Assembly (NCBI GenBank): GCA_028278105.1
Contig: JANQEX010000074.1
Span: forward strand, 6,237 to 70,236
Length of the DNA: 64,000 nucleotides
DNA from: Alphaproteobacteria bacterium
Lineage (GTDB): Bacteria > Pseudomonadota > Alphaproteobacteria > UBA9219 > RGZA01
Direction: 5' to 3'
Shown here: one piece after another, positions 17,627 through 27,875 of the stretch
Layout: every line of letters starts with the position of its first letter
Position numbering within the stretch: position 1 is the first letter of the stretch
Notes under the pieces: model-generated
What the model was told of the DNA's origin: nothing
Seen by the model: only the letters and a program-made list of their open reading frames with translations
The model's database searches: none
Program-made: the position numbers and the translations under genes

Positions 17627-18853
17627 ATGAAACAGGAAAACGCCTCATCCCTTGTCAATGCCGCCTCGTTTCTGGTTTTCGGACTTGCCGCGAGCTGGGG
17701 CGTTTTCGTGGGCGGAGCTTATGGCGCCATCGGCATCATCGGCGCCTTGCTGATGTGGGGCGCGGTGACAATCACCGACCGGCGCCCCGCCTTTCCCGAC
17801 AGGACAATGCTTCTTTTCTGCCTTGCGGTGCTGGTGATGATAACGGCGCTGCTGCCCTTCGCGGCCTGGCCAAGGGAAAGCAACCGCGAGACCCTTCAGG
17901 CCGTTTCCATCATCCTGCCGCTTCTGCTGCTGGCAAGCCCGCGCGTGCAGGAGCGCGTGGCGCGGAACCCGTGCTTGTTTTCCGTTTTGCCGTGGCTGCT
18001 TGCGTTTTTTCTTCTGGCCCTCGCGGTGGAGCATGTGCTGAAAGCGCCGGTGATGCGTTATTTTTCACCGGGCGGATGGGAATCGGAAACCGGCAATCTT
18101 GAGGATTTCCTCACCCGCTATAACCGCGGCATTTCCTATGCGCTGATGCTGGGCTGGGCGGTGGCCGGCGCGTTGTGGAGCAAGGGAAAGCGCCATACGG
18201 CGTTGTTTCTTGCACTGGCTTTTGTGCCCGCGCTGGCGCTGACGGAATCCAGCGCCGCGCAGGCGGCGCTGGCGGGCGCGGTGCTGGTGGTGGCGCTGGC
18301 TTCCTTCGCGCCGGCGCTGACGCGCTGGTTGTTGAGCGCGGGGATTTTGGTCAGCCTTTCCTGGCCGGCGGTGACGGCAAAGCTTTTTCTGCTCTGCCGC
18401 GATGGCCTGAAGGCGTTGCCGGAATCCTGGCACACCCGCATGGAAATCTGGGATTTTCTTTCCTACCGCATTCCCGCCCGGCCCTTTCTGGGATGGGGCA
18501 TGGGCGGCACGCCGCAAATGCTTCCCGCCGGGCCGAACGGGGCGCTGTATGAATACGTGCATGAGCCGGTGGGGCATCCGCATAATGCGGTGATTCAGCT
18601 TTGGCTGGAGCACGGCATTCTCGGCCCGGTGCTGGGCGTTGTTTTTGCCCTGCTGATGCTGCGGCGCGCGTCACGCCTGCCGCGTTCGCTTGTTCCCTTT
18701 GCCTTCGGCGCATGGACCGTGGCGTTTGCCCTTTCGCTTGTTGCCTATGATTTTTGGTCCGATTCCCTTCTGGCCGCCTTTGCCCTGACGGCTTTTGCCT
18801 TTTCCGTTGCCGCAAAAAGGCTGGAAAAGCCGGATCACGAAAATTCCCCGTAA
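17627..18853 (+). CDS. O-antigen ligase family membrane protein
   Basis: Many TM helices; R..IW....I..RPFLGWG.G and HPHN..IQLWLE.GI.G motifs. Confidence 0.88.
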   Translation: MKQENASSLVNAASFLVFGLAASWGVFVGGAYGAIGIIGALLMWGAVTITDRRPAFPDRTMLLFCLAVLVMITALLPFAAWPRESNRETLQAVSIILPLLLLASPRVQERVARNPCLFSVLPWLLAFFLLALAVEHVLKAPVMRYFSPGGWESETGNLEDFLTRYNRGISYALMLGWAVAGALWSKGKRHTALFLALAFVPALALTESSAAQAALAGAVLVVALASFAPALTRWLLSAGILVSLSWPAVTAKLFLLCRDGLKALPESWHTRMEIWDFLSYRIPARPFLGWGMGGTPQMLPAGPNGALYEYVHEPVGHPHNAVIQLWLEHGILGPVLGVVFALLMLRRASRLPRSLVPFAFGAWTVAFALSLVAYDFWSDSLLAAFALTAFAFSVAAKRLEKPDHENSP

Positions 18854-19034
18854 AGGACTCGGAAAAAACAAATGTTTTTCAATCGACTCGGAGATTTTGG
18901 CCCCTTTATGTTCTCAGAATTAACCAAATATTGACCATATCTGCATCAAGATATCGTGTGCGGGTGAGTCGTGTCACTACAACATCTTGTGGCCGTCACC
19001 TTGGCCATAACAATCTGTCTGTCAGGAAACAGAG

Positions 19035-19235
19035 ATGAACACCGACTTCAAATCCCTCGAAAGGCGCTACGGAACATTGCTGGCCCTGAAGATAAAGGAG
19101 GAAATAGCCCGCGCTGAACAGCAGCGCTTTACCTTCTACCGCATACCGGAAAGCTTCAGAACCCTGCATCGTGAGCTTCTTTCCGGCGATGAGGACGTGG
19201 TAACGTCCCCCCGGTTGGTGCGCCGCGTGGGTTAG
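19035..19235 (+). CDS. Small hypothetical protein (66 aa)
   Basis: ATG with AGGA upstream; near-CtrA site TTAA-N7-TTGAC at 18920-18935. Confidence 0.55.
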   Translation: MNTDFKSLERRYGTLLALKIKEEIARAEQQRFTFYRIPESFRTLHRELLSGDEDVVTSPRLVRRVG

Positions 19236-19381
19236 GATTTACTGTCGCGCTTTTCAGCGCAGGATGGGACTTTGTTATTAATAATCAAATGACTAAGTCA
19301 TTCAAATGACTAAATAGTTTAAAAAAATTGTACAGAATAGATATTTATCTTGCATCCGGCATAATCCCATCCTAAAAAACA

Positions 19382-19549
19382 GTACCGAATACGGAATTTC
19401 TCCGTCGGTACGGATCGCTGTTTTAGTCGACGGTCAGGAAGATTGCCTGCGTTTTGTGTCCGAGGCGCAGGAATGATGGTGATGGGACACTCCTAAGATC
19501 TATCCCAAACTCATTCAGCCCCGCGCTCTTGTGGCGCGGGGTTTTTTTT
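19382..19549 (+). ncRNA. Candidate structured small RNA
   Basis: Three consecutive hairpins and a terminator in ORF-poor DNA; no family recognised. Confidence 0.4.
19517..19549 (+). terminator. Rho-independent terminator
   Basis: CCCCGCGC-loop-GCGCGGGG followed by T8. Confidence 0.85.
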
Positions 19550-19585
19550 GATGCGCGGCCATGCGCGCAGTGAATAAATGGCGCG

Positions 19586-20503
19586 ATGACTCTGGAACAG
19601 ATTCTGGTTGAGGCCACGGCAAGGCTGGAGAAGGCCGGCGTATACAGTCCTCGCGCCGATGCCGAACTGATCGCGGCCTATGTGCTGCACCAGCCGCGCG
19701 AGGCGTTGATGCGGCAGCCAAAGCGCGAACTGGGTGAAGCCGCGCGGCAGGCGTTTCGGGATGTTCTGGCAAGACGCGAAGCGCGCGAGCCCTTGGCGCG
19801 CATTTTCGGCTTCATCGAATTTTACAGGCTCATCATCGAAGTGGCGCCCGGCGTGTTCGAGCCGGTGATTGAATCGGAAAGCCTCGTGGAGCACGCCCTG
19901 ATTTTTCTGGAAAAGCGCGAGGGACCGCTCCGCGTCCTGGATCTTGGCGCCGGCACGGGCTGTTTGCTTTTGGCGCTTCTTTCGGTTCTGCCGCGGGCCA
20001 CCGGGCTTGGCATTGACATCAATCCCGACGCGGTGGCGCTTGCAAAGCGCAACGCCGCGCGCGCGGGGTTGCAGGACCGCGCCGAATTCCGCGTCAATGA
20101 CTGGACGAACGGGCTGGAAGGTCCGTTCGACCTGGTGATCGGCAACATTCCCTACATTCCCTCGCGCCGGGTGGTCCGGCTTGTGCCGGAGGTGCGCCTG
20201 TACGATCCCCGTGAATCCCTGGATGGCGGGGCGAACGGGCAGAATTTTTACCGCCGCATCGCGCGCGATTTTCACAAGCTGGCGGCTCCCGGCGGCATGG
20301 GCATTTTTCAGGCGGTGCAAAGCTTTGCCGCGCGCACCCTGCGGACTTTCCGTTCTTACGGGCTGGAGGCGGCGCTCAAGCGCAATCACTTCGGCATGCC
20401 CGTGGGCGTTGCCATATTTCGTGGCAGAGAGCCGCCCAAAGGGTTCCTTGGCAAAATCCTTTATCAGGCGCGGCTGCTGCTGATGAAGTTGTTCCTGCTT
20501 TGA
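19586..20503 (+). CDS. prmC: HemK/PrmC-family N5-glutamine methyltransferase (divergent)
   Basis: RREAREPLARI, LDLGAGTG, NIPY in place of NPPY, LDGG.NG..FYR. Confidence 0.8.
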   Translation: MTLEQILVEATARLEKAGVYSPRADAELIAAYVLHQPREALMRQPKRELGEAARQAFRDVLARREAREPLARIFGFIEFYRLIIEVAPGVFEPVIESESLVEHALIFLEKREGPLRVLDLGAGTGCLLLALLSVLPRATGLGIDINPDAVALAKRNAARAGLQDRAEFRVNDWTNGLEGPFDLVIGNIPYIPSRRVVRLVPEVRLYDPRESLDGGANGQNFYRRIARDFHKLAAPGGMGIFQAVQSFAARTLRTFRSYGLEAALKRNHFGMPVGVAIFRGREPPKGFLGKILYQARLLLMKLFLL

Positions 20504-20651
20504 TAGGGTCATAAGGGTCGTAAGGGGCAGGAGGGTCTTTTTTGATCCTGTTGACCCTTCAACCCCTTTCGACCCTGCCATTTCCCCTTATATTTGACAG
20601 AAAGCGCGGGATAACCTACCCATTCAGGCTGATACGGGAGAAAATTGGTCC

Positions 20652-21599
20652 ATGAAAGTTGTCCTTGCCCAGCCGCGCGGATTTTGCGCGGGCGTGGAGC
20701 GCGCCATTGAAATTGTTGAAGAAGCCCTGCAACGTTTCGGCCCGCCGGTCTATGTGCGTCACGAAATCGTGCATAACCGCCATGTGGTGGAGCGCCTGCG
20801 CGAAAAGGGGGCCGTATTCGTGAAGGATACCGACCAGATTCCCGAAGGGGCGATGGCCGTTTTCTCGGCGCATGGCGTTTCGCAGAAGGTTGAAGACCAT
20901 GCGCGCGCGCGCGGGCTGGATTTGATCGACGCGACCTGCCCGCTCGTGTCCAAGGTGCATACCGAAGGCCAGCGCTACGCCAAGCAGGGATTCGAGATTA
21001 TCCTGATCGGCCATCACGGCCACCCCGAAATCGAAGGCACGCTGGGCCGGATTCCCGGCACGGTGCATCTGATTTCGGAAGTGGAGGATGTGGCGAAACT
21101 TCAGGTGAGCACCGACAAGCTGGCCTATATCACCCAGACCACGCTTTCGGTGGACGACACGCGCGACGTGATCGTGGCCCTGCGCGCGCGTTTTCCCTCC
21201 ATCGTCGGCCCGGCGACCAAGGATATCTGCTATGCCACGCAAAACCGCCAGGCGGCGGTGAGAGAGCTGGCCAAGCATGTGGACGTGGTGCTGGTCATCG
21301 GCGCGCATAACTCGTCGAATTCCAACCGCCTGCGCGAGCTGGCGGTCTCGGAAGGCGTCCCCGCCTATCTGATCGAGGATGAAAGCAAGCTGGATCCCGC
21401 CTGGCTTTCGGACAAGAAAACCGTGGGCATTACCGCGGGCGCTTCCGCGCCGGAAGATCTGGTTCAGGGTCTGGTGGAAACCTTGCGCCGCATCGGGCCG
21501 GTGGAGGTGAGCGTGCTGCCCGGCGTACAGGAAAACGTGAAGTTCCGCCTGCCCATGTCGCTTTCCAGGCCGCGCGAGCGGCAAAGGGGCGCGGCTTGA
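20652..21599 (+). CDS. ispH: 4-hydroxy-3-methylbut-2-enyl diphosphate reductase
   Basis: [37 protein letters not shown]. Confidence 0.97.
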   Translation: MKVVLAQPRGFCAGVERAIEIVEEALQRFGPPVYVRHEIVHNRHVVERLREKGAVFVKDTDQIPEGAMAVFSAHGVSQKVEDHARARGLDLIDATCPLVSKVHTEGQRYAKQGFEIILIGHHGHPEIEGTLGRIPGTVHLISEVEDVAKLQVSTDKLAYITQTTLSVDDTRDVIVALRARFPSIVGPATKDICYATQNRQAAVRELAKHVDVVLVIGAHNSSNSNRLRELAVSEGVPAYLIEDESKLDPAWLSDKKTVGITAGASAPEDLVQGLVETLRRIGPVEVSVLPGVQENVKFRLPMSLSRPRERQRGAA

Positions 21600-21714
21600 T
21601 TTTTTAAAGGTTAGCGTTTTGCAAAAGACAAGCCAGATTCCCCTCCCTCTGGGAGGGGTTAGGGGAGGGAAAACAATGCGCATGGCGTTAGGTTCAATGG
21701 ACAATTACCAACAC

Positions 21715-21806
21715 GAACATTCCCGCGGAAGCGGGAATCCCATTTGTTTTCAGGAACAAATTGGATTCCGGGTCGCGGTTGCTGCGCAACCTTGCCCGGA
21801 ATGTTC
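21715..21806. repeat. REP doublet with short AT-rich spacer (relatives near 5808-5858, 27007-27122, 32341-32385, 33843-33942, 37238-37338, 39816-39906, 57405-57486)
   Basis: CATTCCCGCGGAAGCGGGAATCC-spacer-GGATTCCGGG...CCCGGAATGTTC. Confidence 0.75.
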
Positions 21807-22006
21807 ATTTAGTCTTTTCAATGACTTGAGCTTAATTGTCCATTGAACCTATGGCATCAACCCTCCCCCGACCCCTCTCCGCCTTCGCTCTTCAAGCTTT
21901 GGCGGACAAGCTTTCTCCAAGGACCCGCCGGAGCCTTGGCGCAGGTGGGCCAAAGGGAGGGGAGATTGATCCGCGCCCTGGTTTGGTTTTGTGTGAGTGA
22001 GGATTT

Positions 22007-23209
22007 ATGACCGTACCCCTTCACCAGCAACTCGCCATTGGCGGCTATATCGCCGGCCAGCACGTGAAGGCCTTTTTCAAGGGCCGGAAAACCCCGCGCT
22101 ACCCGCTGGTGCTGATGCTGGAGCCGCTGTTCCGGTGCAATCTGGCTTGCGCCGGCTGCGGCAAGATCGATTATCCCGACCCCATCCTCAACAAGCGCCT
22201 GTCGGTGGAGGAATGCCTGGCGGCGGTGGATGAATGCGGCGCGCCGATGGTGGCCATTCCGGGCGGCGAGCCCTTGCTGCACAAGGACATGCCGGAAATC
22301 GTCCGGCGGATCATTGCCCGCGGGAAATACGTCACGCTTTGCACCAACGCGCTGTTGCTGGAAAAGAAGATCGGCCAGTACCAGCCCTCCCGGTACTTCA
22401 ACTGGTCCATCCATCTGGACGGGCTGAAGCCGGAGCACGACCGCTCGGTCTGCCAGGAAGGCGTATATGAAAAGGCGGTGGCGGCGGCGAAGCTGGCCAG
22501 ACAAAAGGGTTTCCGCGTCAATATCAACTGCACGCTGTTTACCTCGAACTCCGATCCCGAACGGGTGGCGGCGTTTTTTGACGAGGTGATGGCGCTTGGC
22601 ATCGACAACATCACCGTCTCGCCCGGCTATGCCTATGAGCGCGCGCCGGACCAGGAGCATTTCCTCAACCGCCGCGCCACCAAGGAGTTGTTCCGCAACA
22701 TCTTCCGCGCGGGCGCAAGGGGGCAGGGAGCGGGCAAGCCCAGATGGAGCTTCAGCCAAAGCGGTCTTTACATGGATTTTCTGGCCGGGAACCAGACCTA
22801 TGCCTGCACGCCCTGGGGCATGCCCACGCGCAACGTGTTCGGCTGGCAGCGGCCCTGCTATCTGCTGGGCGAGGGATACGCCAAAAGCTTCCGCGAGTTG
22901 ATGGAAGACACGAACTGGGAGAATTACGGCACCGGCAATTACGAAAAATGCGCCGACTGCATGGTGCATTCGGGCTATGAGGCCACCGCGGCGATGGACG
23001 CCGTTTCAAATCCGCTGAAGGCTTTTGCCGTCGGCCTGCGCGGGCCGAAAACGGAAGGCGAATTCGCGCCGGAAATCCCGCTGGACAAGCAACGCCCGGC
23101 CGAATACGTGTTCGGCCGCCATGTGGAAACCGCCATGGCCGAGGCGGAAACCGAAGCCAAGGCCCGCAAGCAGGCCGTGGCCGCCACCCGCACCATCGCG
23201 GCGGAGTAG
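22007..23209 (+). CDS. hpnH: Adenosyl-hopene transferase HpnH (radical SAM)
   Basis: YPLVLMLEPLFRCNLACAGCGKI (CxxxCxxC), CTPWG, CADCMVHSGYE. Confidence 0.95.
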   Translation: MTVPLHQQLAIGGYIAGQHVKAFFKGRKTPRYPLVLMLEPLFRCNLACAGCGKIDYPDPILNKRLSVEECLAAVDECGAPMVAIPGGEPLLHKDMPEIVRRIIARGKYVTLCTNALLLEKKIGQYQPSRYFNWSIHLDGLKPEHDRSVCQEGVYEKAVAAAKLARQKGFRVNINCTLFTSNSDPERVAAFFDEVMALGIDNITVSPGYAYERAPDQEHFLNRRATKELFRNIFRAGARGQGAGKPRWSFSQSGLYMDFLAGNQTYACTPWGMPTRNVFGWQRPCYLLGEGYAKSFRELMEDTNWENYGTGNYEKCADCMVHSGYEATAAMDAVSNPLKAFAVGLRGPKTEGEFAPEIPLDKQRPAEYVFGRHVETAMAEAETEAKARKQAVAATRTIAAE

Positions 23210-23234
23210 GAAATAATTTCCTCTCCTCTTGCCC

Positions 23235-23655
23235 GTCTTCGCTAAAGCTACGCCGGGCAAATTTGCAAACTCGCCCTGCGTAGCCGAAGGCGGAGCAGGG
23301 AGGCGGGTATCCACGCCTGTAATCTTTTGATTTGTTGGATTTAGAGCGTGGATGCCTGCCTTCGCGGGCATGACAGATGTGCCTATGGAACGGATCAGCT
23401 TATAAGACCGTTGGTATAACTGCTCATTCCGGCGCCCGGCTTCGCCTGCGGCTACGCCGAGGTCTTGGCGTACCCGTCGCGCCGAAGCTTTCGCGGAGGC
23501 GGAGAAGCCGGAATCCAGCAACCGCCGAAGGCGGTTGCATGTTGCCGAAGGCAACATGCTGGACCCCGGCTGGAGCCTGCCCCCGCGAAAGCGGGGGCCG
23601 GGGTGAGAAGTTGTTTTTTCAAATATAAAACCTGCTTAATTGAGTCCAGACCCTA
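23235..23655. mobile_element. Composite: REPs + MITE-2 end + right part of MITE-1
   Basis: GTTGGTATAA ending at 23419 is fused to MITE-1 internal sequence that ends in TAATTGAGTCCAGACCCTA. Confidence 0.7.
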
Positions 23656-23729
23656 AAGAGTCATAAGAGTTTTTATTGACCCCTCGTGACCTCTTGAGAC
23701 CCTTACGCCCCTCTATGACGTGTGATCGA

Positions 23730-24785
23730 ATGAGCCAGCCCACAGCCATAGCCCTCGACGCCATGGGCGGTGACCACGCCCCCGCCATGGTGATCGCGGG
23801 TGCTGCGCTGGCGGCCAAGCGGCATCCGTCCCTGCAATTCCACATTTACGGCGACGAGGGGAAGTTACGCCCGCTCGTCGCCCGTCACGCGGCGCTGGAA
23901 TCGGCGAAGCTCTACCATACAACCGAGATCATTCCCGACGACATGAAGCCCTCGGTGGCACTGCGCCAGGGCAAGCGCTCCAGCATGCGCATGGCCATCG
24001 ACGCGGTGAAGGAAGGTGCGGCGCAAGGCGTGGTCAGCGCGGGCAACACCGGCGCGCTGATGGCGATTTCGAAATTCGTTCTGGGGCTTTTGCCGGGCAT
24101 CGACCGGCCGGCCATCACGTCCCTGCTGCCCACCATGCCGGGGCGCTGCGTGGTGCTTGATCTTGGCGCCAATCTGGAGTGCGGCCCGGATAACCTGGTG
24201 CAGTTCGCGATCATGGGCGCGCTGATCGCGCGGGTGGAGCTGGGGCTGGAGGAGCCGCGCATCGCGCTTTTGAACATCGGCAGCGAGGAAATGAAAGGCC
24301 ATGATGAAATCCGCACGGCGGCGGCCATTCTGCGCGACACGCCGGCGCCGGGCCGCTTTATCGGCTATGTCGAGGCCGACGAGGTGCAACTCGGCCGGGC
24401 CGACGTGGTGGTCACGGACGGCTTTACCGGCAACATCGCCCTCAAGACCCTTGAAGGAACGGCCCGCCTTGCCGCCGGCTTCCTGCGCCAGGCGCTGCAA
24501 AGCTCGCTCAGCGCGCGGCTCGGCGCGCTGCTGGCGGGGGGCGCGCTGGCAAGGCTGCGCCAGCGCATCGATCCCCGCGCCTATAACGGGGCGATGCTGG
24601 TGGGGCTGCAAGGCGTGTGCGTGAAAAGCCATGGCGGCACCGACGCGCGCGGCTTCGCCAATGCCATCGGCGTGGCGGCGCAACTGGTCGAGGGCGCGCT
24701 CAATCCCCGCATTCATGCGGAATTCGCGCGCCTCTATGGTGTGCCGGGCGGTCCTGGCGTTGCCGCGCTCACGGACATGTCATGA
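23730..24785 (+). CDS. plsX: Phosphate acyltransferase PlsX
   Basis: IALDAMGGDHAP, SAGNTGA, DGFTGN, KSHG. Confidence 0.96.
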   Translation: MSQPTAIALDAMGGDHAPAMVIAGAALAAKRHPSLQFHIYGDEGKLRPLVARHAALESAKLYHTTEIIPDDMKPSVALRQGKRSSMRMAIDAVKEGAAQGVVSAGNTGALMAISKFVLGLLPGIDRPAITSLLPTMPGRCVVLDLGANLECGPDNLVQFAIMGALIARVELGLEEPRIALLNIGSEEMKGHDEIRTAAAILRDTPAPGRFIGYVEADEVQLGRADVVVTDGFTGNIALKTLEGTARLAAGFLRQALQSSLSARLGALLAGGALARLRQRIDPRAYNGAMLVGLQGVCVKSHGGTDARGFANAIGVAAQLVEGALNPRIHAEFARLYGVPGGPGVAALTDMS

Positions 24786-25753
24786 GCATCCTGCGCGCGC
24801 GCATCCTTGGAACAGGGTCGGCCCTTCCCGAAAAAAGCGTCGCCAATGCCGAGCTGGCTTCCCGCGTCGACACCTCGGATGAGTGGATCACGCAACGCAC
24901 CGGCATCCGCAGCCGCCATATTGCGGGCGAAGGCGAAAGCACCGCCGGCCTCGCCCTTGCCGCGGCAACACAGGCGCTGAAGGAATCCGGGATCGGAGCG
25001 GCGCAGGTGGATGCCGTGATCGCCGCCACCACCACGCCCGACGAAATCTTCCCCTCCGTCGCCACCCGGATTCAGGCCGGGCTTGGCATGACGCGCGGCT
25101 TTGCCTTCGACGTGCAGGCGGTCTGCTCCGGCTTTCTCTATGCCCTGACGGTGGCGGACCAGTTCATCCGCAACGGCACGGCGCGCACGGTGCTGGTGAC
25201 CGGGGCGGAAACGCTGTCGCGCATCGTGGACTGGACCGACCGCTCGACGTGCATTCTGTTCGGCGACGGAGCCGGGGCGGTGGTGTTGCGCGCGTTTGAG
25301 GACGAAGGCTCTTCGTCCGATAGAGGCATCCTCGGCAGCCGTCTCTATTCCGACGGCCGCATGCATGACCTGCTCTATGCCGCAGGCGGTCCCGGTTCCG
25401 CCGGGCCAAAGGGCGCGATTAAAATGCAAGGGCGCGAGGTGTTCCGCCACGCGGTGGATGAAATGGCGAAGGTGGTGGACGAAGTTTTGACCGCCGGCGG
25501 CTTTTCCCGCGCCGATCTCGACTGGCTGGTGCCGCATCAGGCCAACCGCCGCATCATCGAGGCCACGGCGCAGAAGCTCGGCCTTTCCATGGACAAGGTG
25601 GTGCTGACGGTGGATCATCACGGCAACACGTCCGCCGCCTCCATTCCGCTTGCGTTGCACGAGGCGCGGGCGCGCTTTCGCCCCGGCGACCTGATGGTGC
25701 TGGAAGCCCTCGGCGGCGGCTTCACCTGGGGAGGGGTGGCGTTGAGGTGGTGA
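24782..25753 (+). CDS. fabH: Beta-ketoacyl-ACP synthase III
   Basis: DTSDEWI..RTGI, AVCSGF, PHQAN, GNTSAAS, GGGFTWG. Confidence 0.96.
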   Translation: MSILRARILGTGSALPEKSVANAELASRVDTSDEWITQRTGIRSRHIAGEGESTAGLALAAATQALKESGIGAAQVDAVIAATTTPDEIFPSVATRIQAGLGMTRGFAFDVQAVCSGFLYALTVADQFIRNGTARTVLVTGAETLSRIVDWTDRSTCILFGDGAGAVVLRAFEDEGSSSDRGILGSRLYSDGRMHDLLYAAGGPGSAGPKGAIKMQGREVFRHAVDEMAKVVDEVLTAGGFSRADLDWLVPHQANRRIIEATAQKLGLSMDKVVLTVDHHGNTSAASIPLALHEARARFRPGDLMVLEALGGGFTWGGVALRW

Positions 25754-25892
25754 TCGTTTCGACTGGCCATAAAAACCTTTCTGGCGAGACATCTGGTCCA
25801 TAAAAGCTGCTTGAATCGCGCTTTTCCGAATCAGAAGAATTCTATAGCATTTTGATTCGCAAGGATTTTCATCCTTGCGGCAGGAGAGCGCC

Positions 25893-26216
25893 GTGACCGA
25901 ACGCACCATAACCAGAGCGGATCTGAGCGAGGCCGTCTATCAGGAAGTCGGCCTGTCTCGAAATGAATCCGCCGTTCTTGTTGAAACCGTTTTGGAAGAA
26001 ATCAGCCGGGCGCTGATTGGCGGGGAAACGGTGAAGCTTTCCTCCTTCGGCACCTTTGCGGTGCGCCAGAAGAACCAGCGCATTGGCCGCAACCCCAAGA
26101 CCGGCGAGGAAGTGCCCATTCTGCCCCGCCGCGTGCTGGTATTCCGCGCCTCGCATGTGCTGAAAGATCGTATCAACACCGAGAAAGCGCAGAAGGGTAT
26201 CCATGAGTCATCTTGA
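25893..26216 (+). CDS. ihfA: Integration host factor subunit alpha
   Basis: [24 protein letters not shown] start after AGGAG. Confidence 0.95.
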   Translation: MTERTITRADLSEAVYQEVGLSRNESAVLVETVLEEISRALIGGETVKLSSFGTFAVRQKNQRIGRNPKTGEEVPILPRRVLVFRASHVLKDRINTEKAQKGIHESS

Positions 26217-26964
26217 TGTTCACGGTGAGGTCCAGAAATCGCATCTTGCTTTTCGCACCATCAGCGAGGTTTCGCAGGAAATCAATGTGCCGCAACATGT
26301 GCTGCGCTTTTGGGAAAGCCGTTTTTCGCAGATCAAGCCGCTGAAGAGCGGCGGCGGGCGCCGGTATTACCGCCCGGAAGATATCGAGTTGCTGCGCTGC
26401 ATCAAGGATTATCTTTACAAGCAGGGCTACACCATCAAGGGCGTACAGCGCCTTCTGAAAGAACACCGCATGGCCCACATCGCCGCCGCGATGGAAGCAA
26501 ACCAGCGCCGGCGGCAGGAAGAACGGCACGCCGCGGATTCCGAAGCGCAAGCCGGTGAGGCCTTCTCCACCGGCCCGGACAGGGCGCAGGATATTCCGCC
26601 CGACGAATTCACGGAAACGGCGATGGAAACCACGCGGAAAAGGGAAGAAGAAGCCCTTCCTTCCGAAGACAGTATTGCCAAGACGTTACGGGTGGTCACG
26701 CGCATCCATGATGAACTTCATATCCCGGTGGAACCCATGCAACTCACGGCGGCGGCGCTGGTCCAGCAGGCTCTGGAACAAAAGCAGTTTGAATTCGTGG
26801 ACGAAGAGAGTGTGCCGGGGGCTGACGCTCCCGCCGCGCGGGAAACCGCCCCGCCGCGGGCGGCGGTCCAGGACAATCTTGTTTCCGACGAAGTGCGTTC
26901 GGAACTGAAGAGCATTCTGTCCGAACTGACAGATTTGCGCGATATGTTGAAAGGCGCGGCCTAG
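26203..26964 (+). CDS. MerR-family regulator with long acidic C-terminus
   Basis: [29 protein letters not shown], in the conserved position after ihfA. Confidence 0.9.
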   Translation: MSHLDVHGEVQKSHLAFRTISEVSQEINVPQHVLRFWESRFSQIKPLKSGGGRRYYRPEDIELLRCIKDYLYKQGYTIKGVQRLLKEHRMAHIAAAMEANQRRRQEERHAADSEAQAGEAFSTGPDRAQDIPPDEFTETAMETTRKREEEALPSEDSIAKTLRVVTRIHDELHIPVEPMQLTAAALVQQALEQKQFEFVDEESVPGADAPAARETAPPRAAVQDNLVSDEVRSELKSILSELTDLRDMLKGAA

Positions 26965-27223
26965 GGCCAATGGACAAATACAAGATGGAAAATCCAATAA
27001 AGACAATCACTCCCGCGAAGGCGGGAGTCCCATTTTTATAACAGAACCAAATGGGATTCCCGCTGGAGCGTACCCCCGCCCCCGCCTTCGCGGGAGTAAA
27101 CTCCAGCGGGGGCGGGCATGACGGGTTACTTTTTGGCATGTGTCAATTCATATGCGCCGGTATTTTATTGACCGGTTGCCCGCCGTCCGCGCATTGGCTA
27201 TAACAGCGCCTCTCTCATGGACA

Positions 27224-27300
27224 CGGAACGTAGCGCAGCCTGGTAGCGCACTTGTCTGGGGGGCAAGTGGTCGCGGGTTCAAATCCCGCCGTTCCGACCA
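27224..27300 (+). tRNA. tRNA-Pro(GGG)
   Basis: CGGAACG...CGTTCCG-ACCA cloverleaf; anticodon loop CT-GGG-GG. Confidence 0.95.
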
Positions 27301-27401
27301 GCCTTCGCTCTTTGAGCTTCGGCCCGGCGGGCCGGGCCCGCTCCCGGCCGGACGATTCGGCATGGATGCAAAATCCTGCCGCGGGCTTATAATCGGAGGG
27401 C

Positions 27402-27734
27402 ATGACCGCCCGGCCTGAAATCCTGTTCGTTTATATTCCCTGCGCCGCGAAAGAAGAGGCGAAGAAAATCGGCCGCGCCCTGGTGGAAGAGCGGCTGGCG
27501 GCTTGCACCAATATCTATGACGGGCCCTGTTCCATCTATCACTGGCAGGGCGGAGTGGAAGAGGGGGAGGAGGCGCTGCTCATCGTCAAGACCCGCGCGG
27601 ATCTTTTCGAGGATCTGGCCGCGCGCGTTACGGCGCTGCATTCCTATGAGGTGCCGTGCATTGCCGGCCTTGAGATTGATTGTCTCAACGAGTCCTATGC
27701 CGACTGGATTTGCGACGAGACGGAAAGAAATTAG
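27402..27734 (+). CDS. cutA: Divalent-cation tolerance protein CutA
   Basis: LVEERLAAC, SIYHWQG, HSYEVPCI, Y.DWI. Confidence 0.93.
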   Translation: MTARPEILFVYIPCAAKEEAKKIGRALVEERLAACTNIYDGPCSIYHWQGGVEEGEEALLIVKTRADLFEDLAARVTALHSYEVPCIAGLEIDCLNESYADWICDETERN

Positions 27735-27875
27735 TTCTCGAAGCTCGCAGGGCGGAGGCGGAAGGGAGGGGATTAAGGGGTGGGGTTTGCGGTTGCCACC
27801 AGAAGAACCCCTCACCAGCAAGAACCAAGGGTTTAGCCGCTTCGCGTCTAAACCCAGGTTCTTGCATCCTCTCCC

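Noticed and set aside
23006..23656. Short ORFs translated from repeat regions (also 17139-17372, 32392-32671, 11255-11773)
   Set aside because: Their mutual similarity comes from the shared non-coding repeat; no RBS or coding signal.
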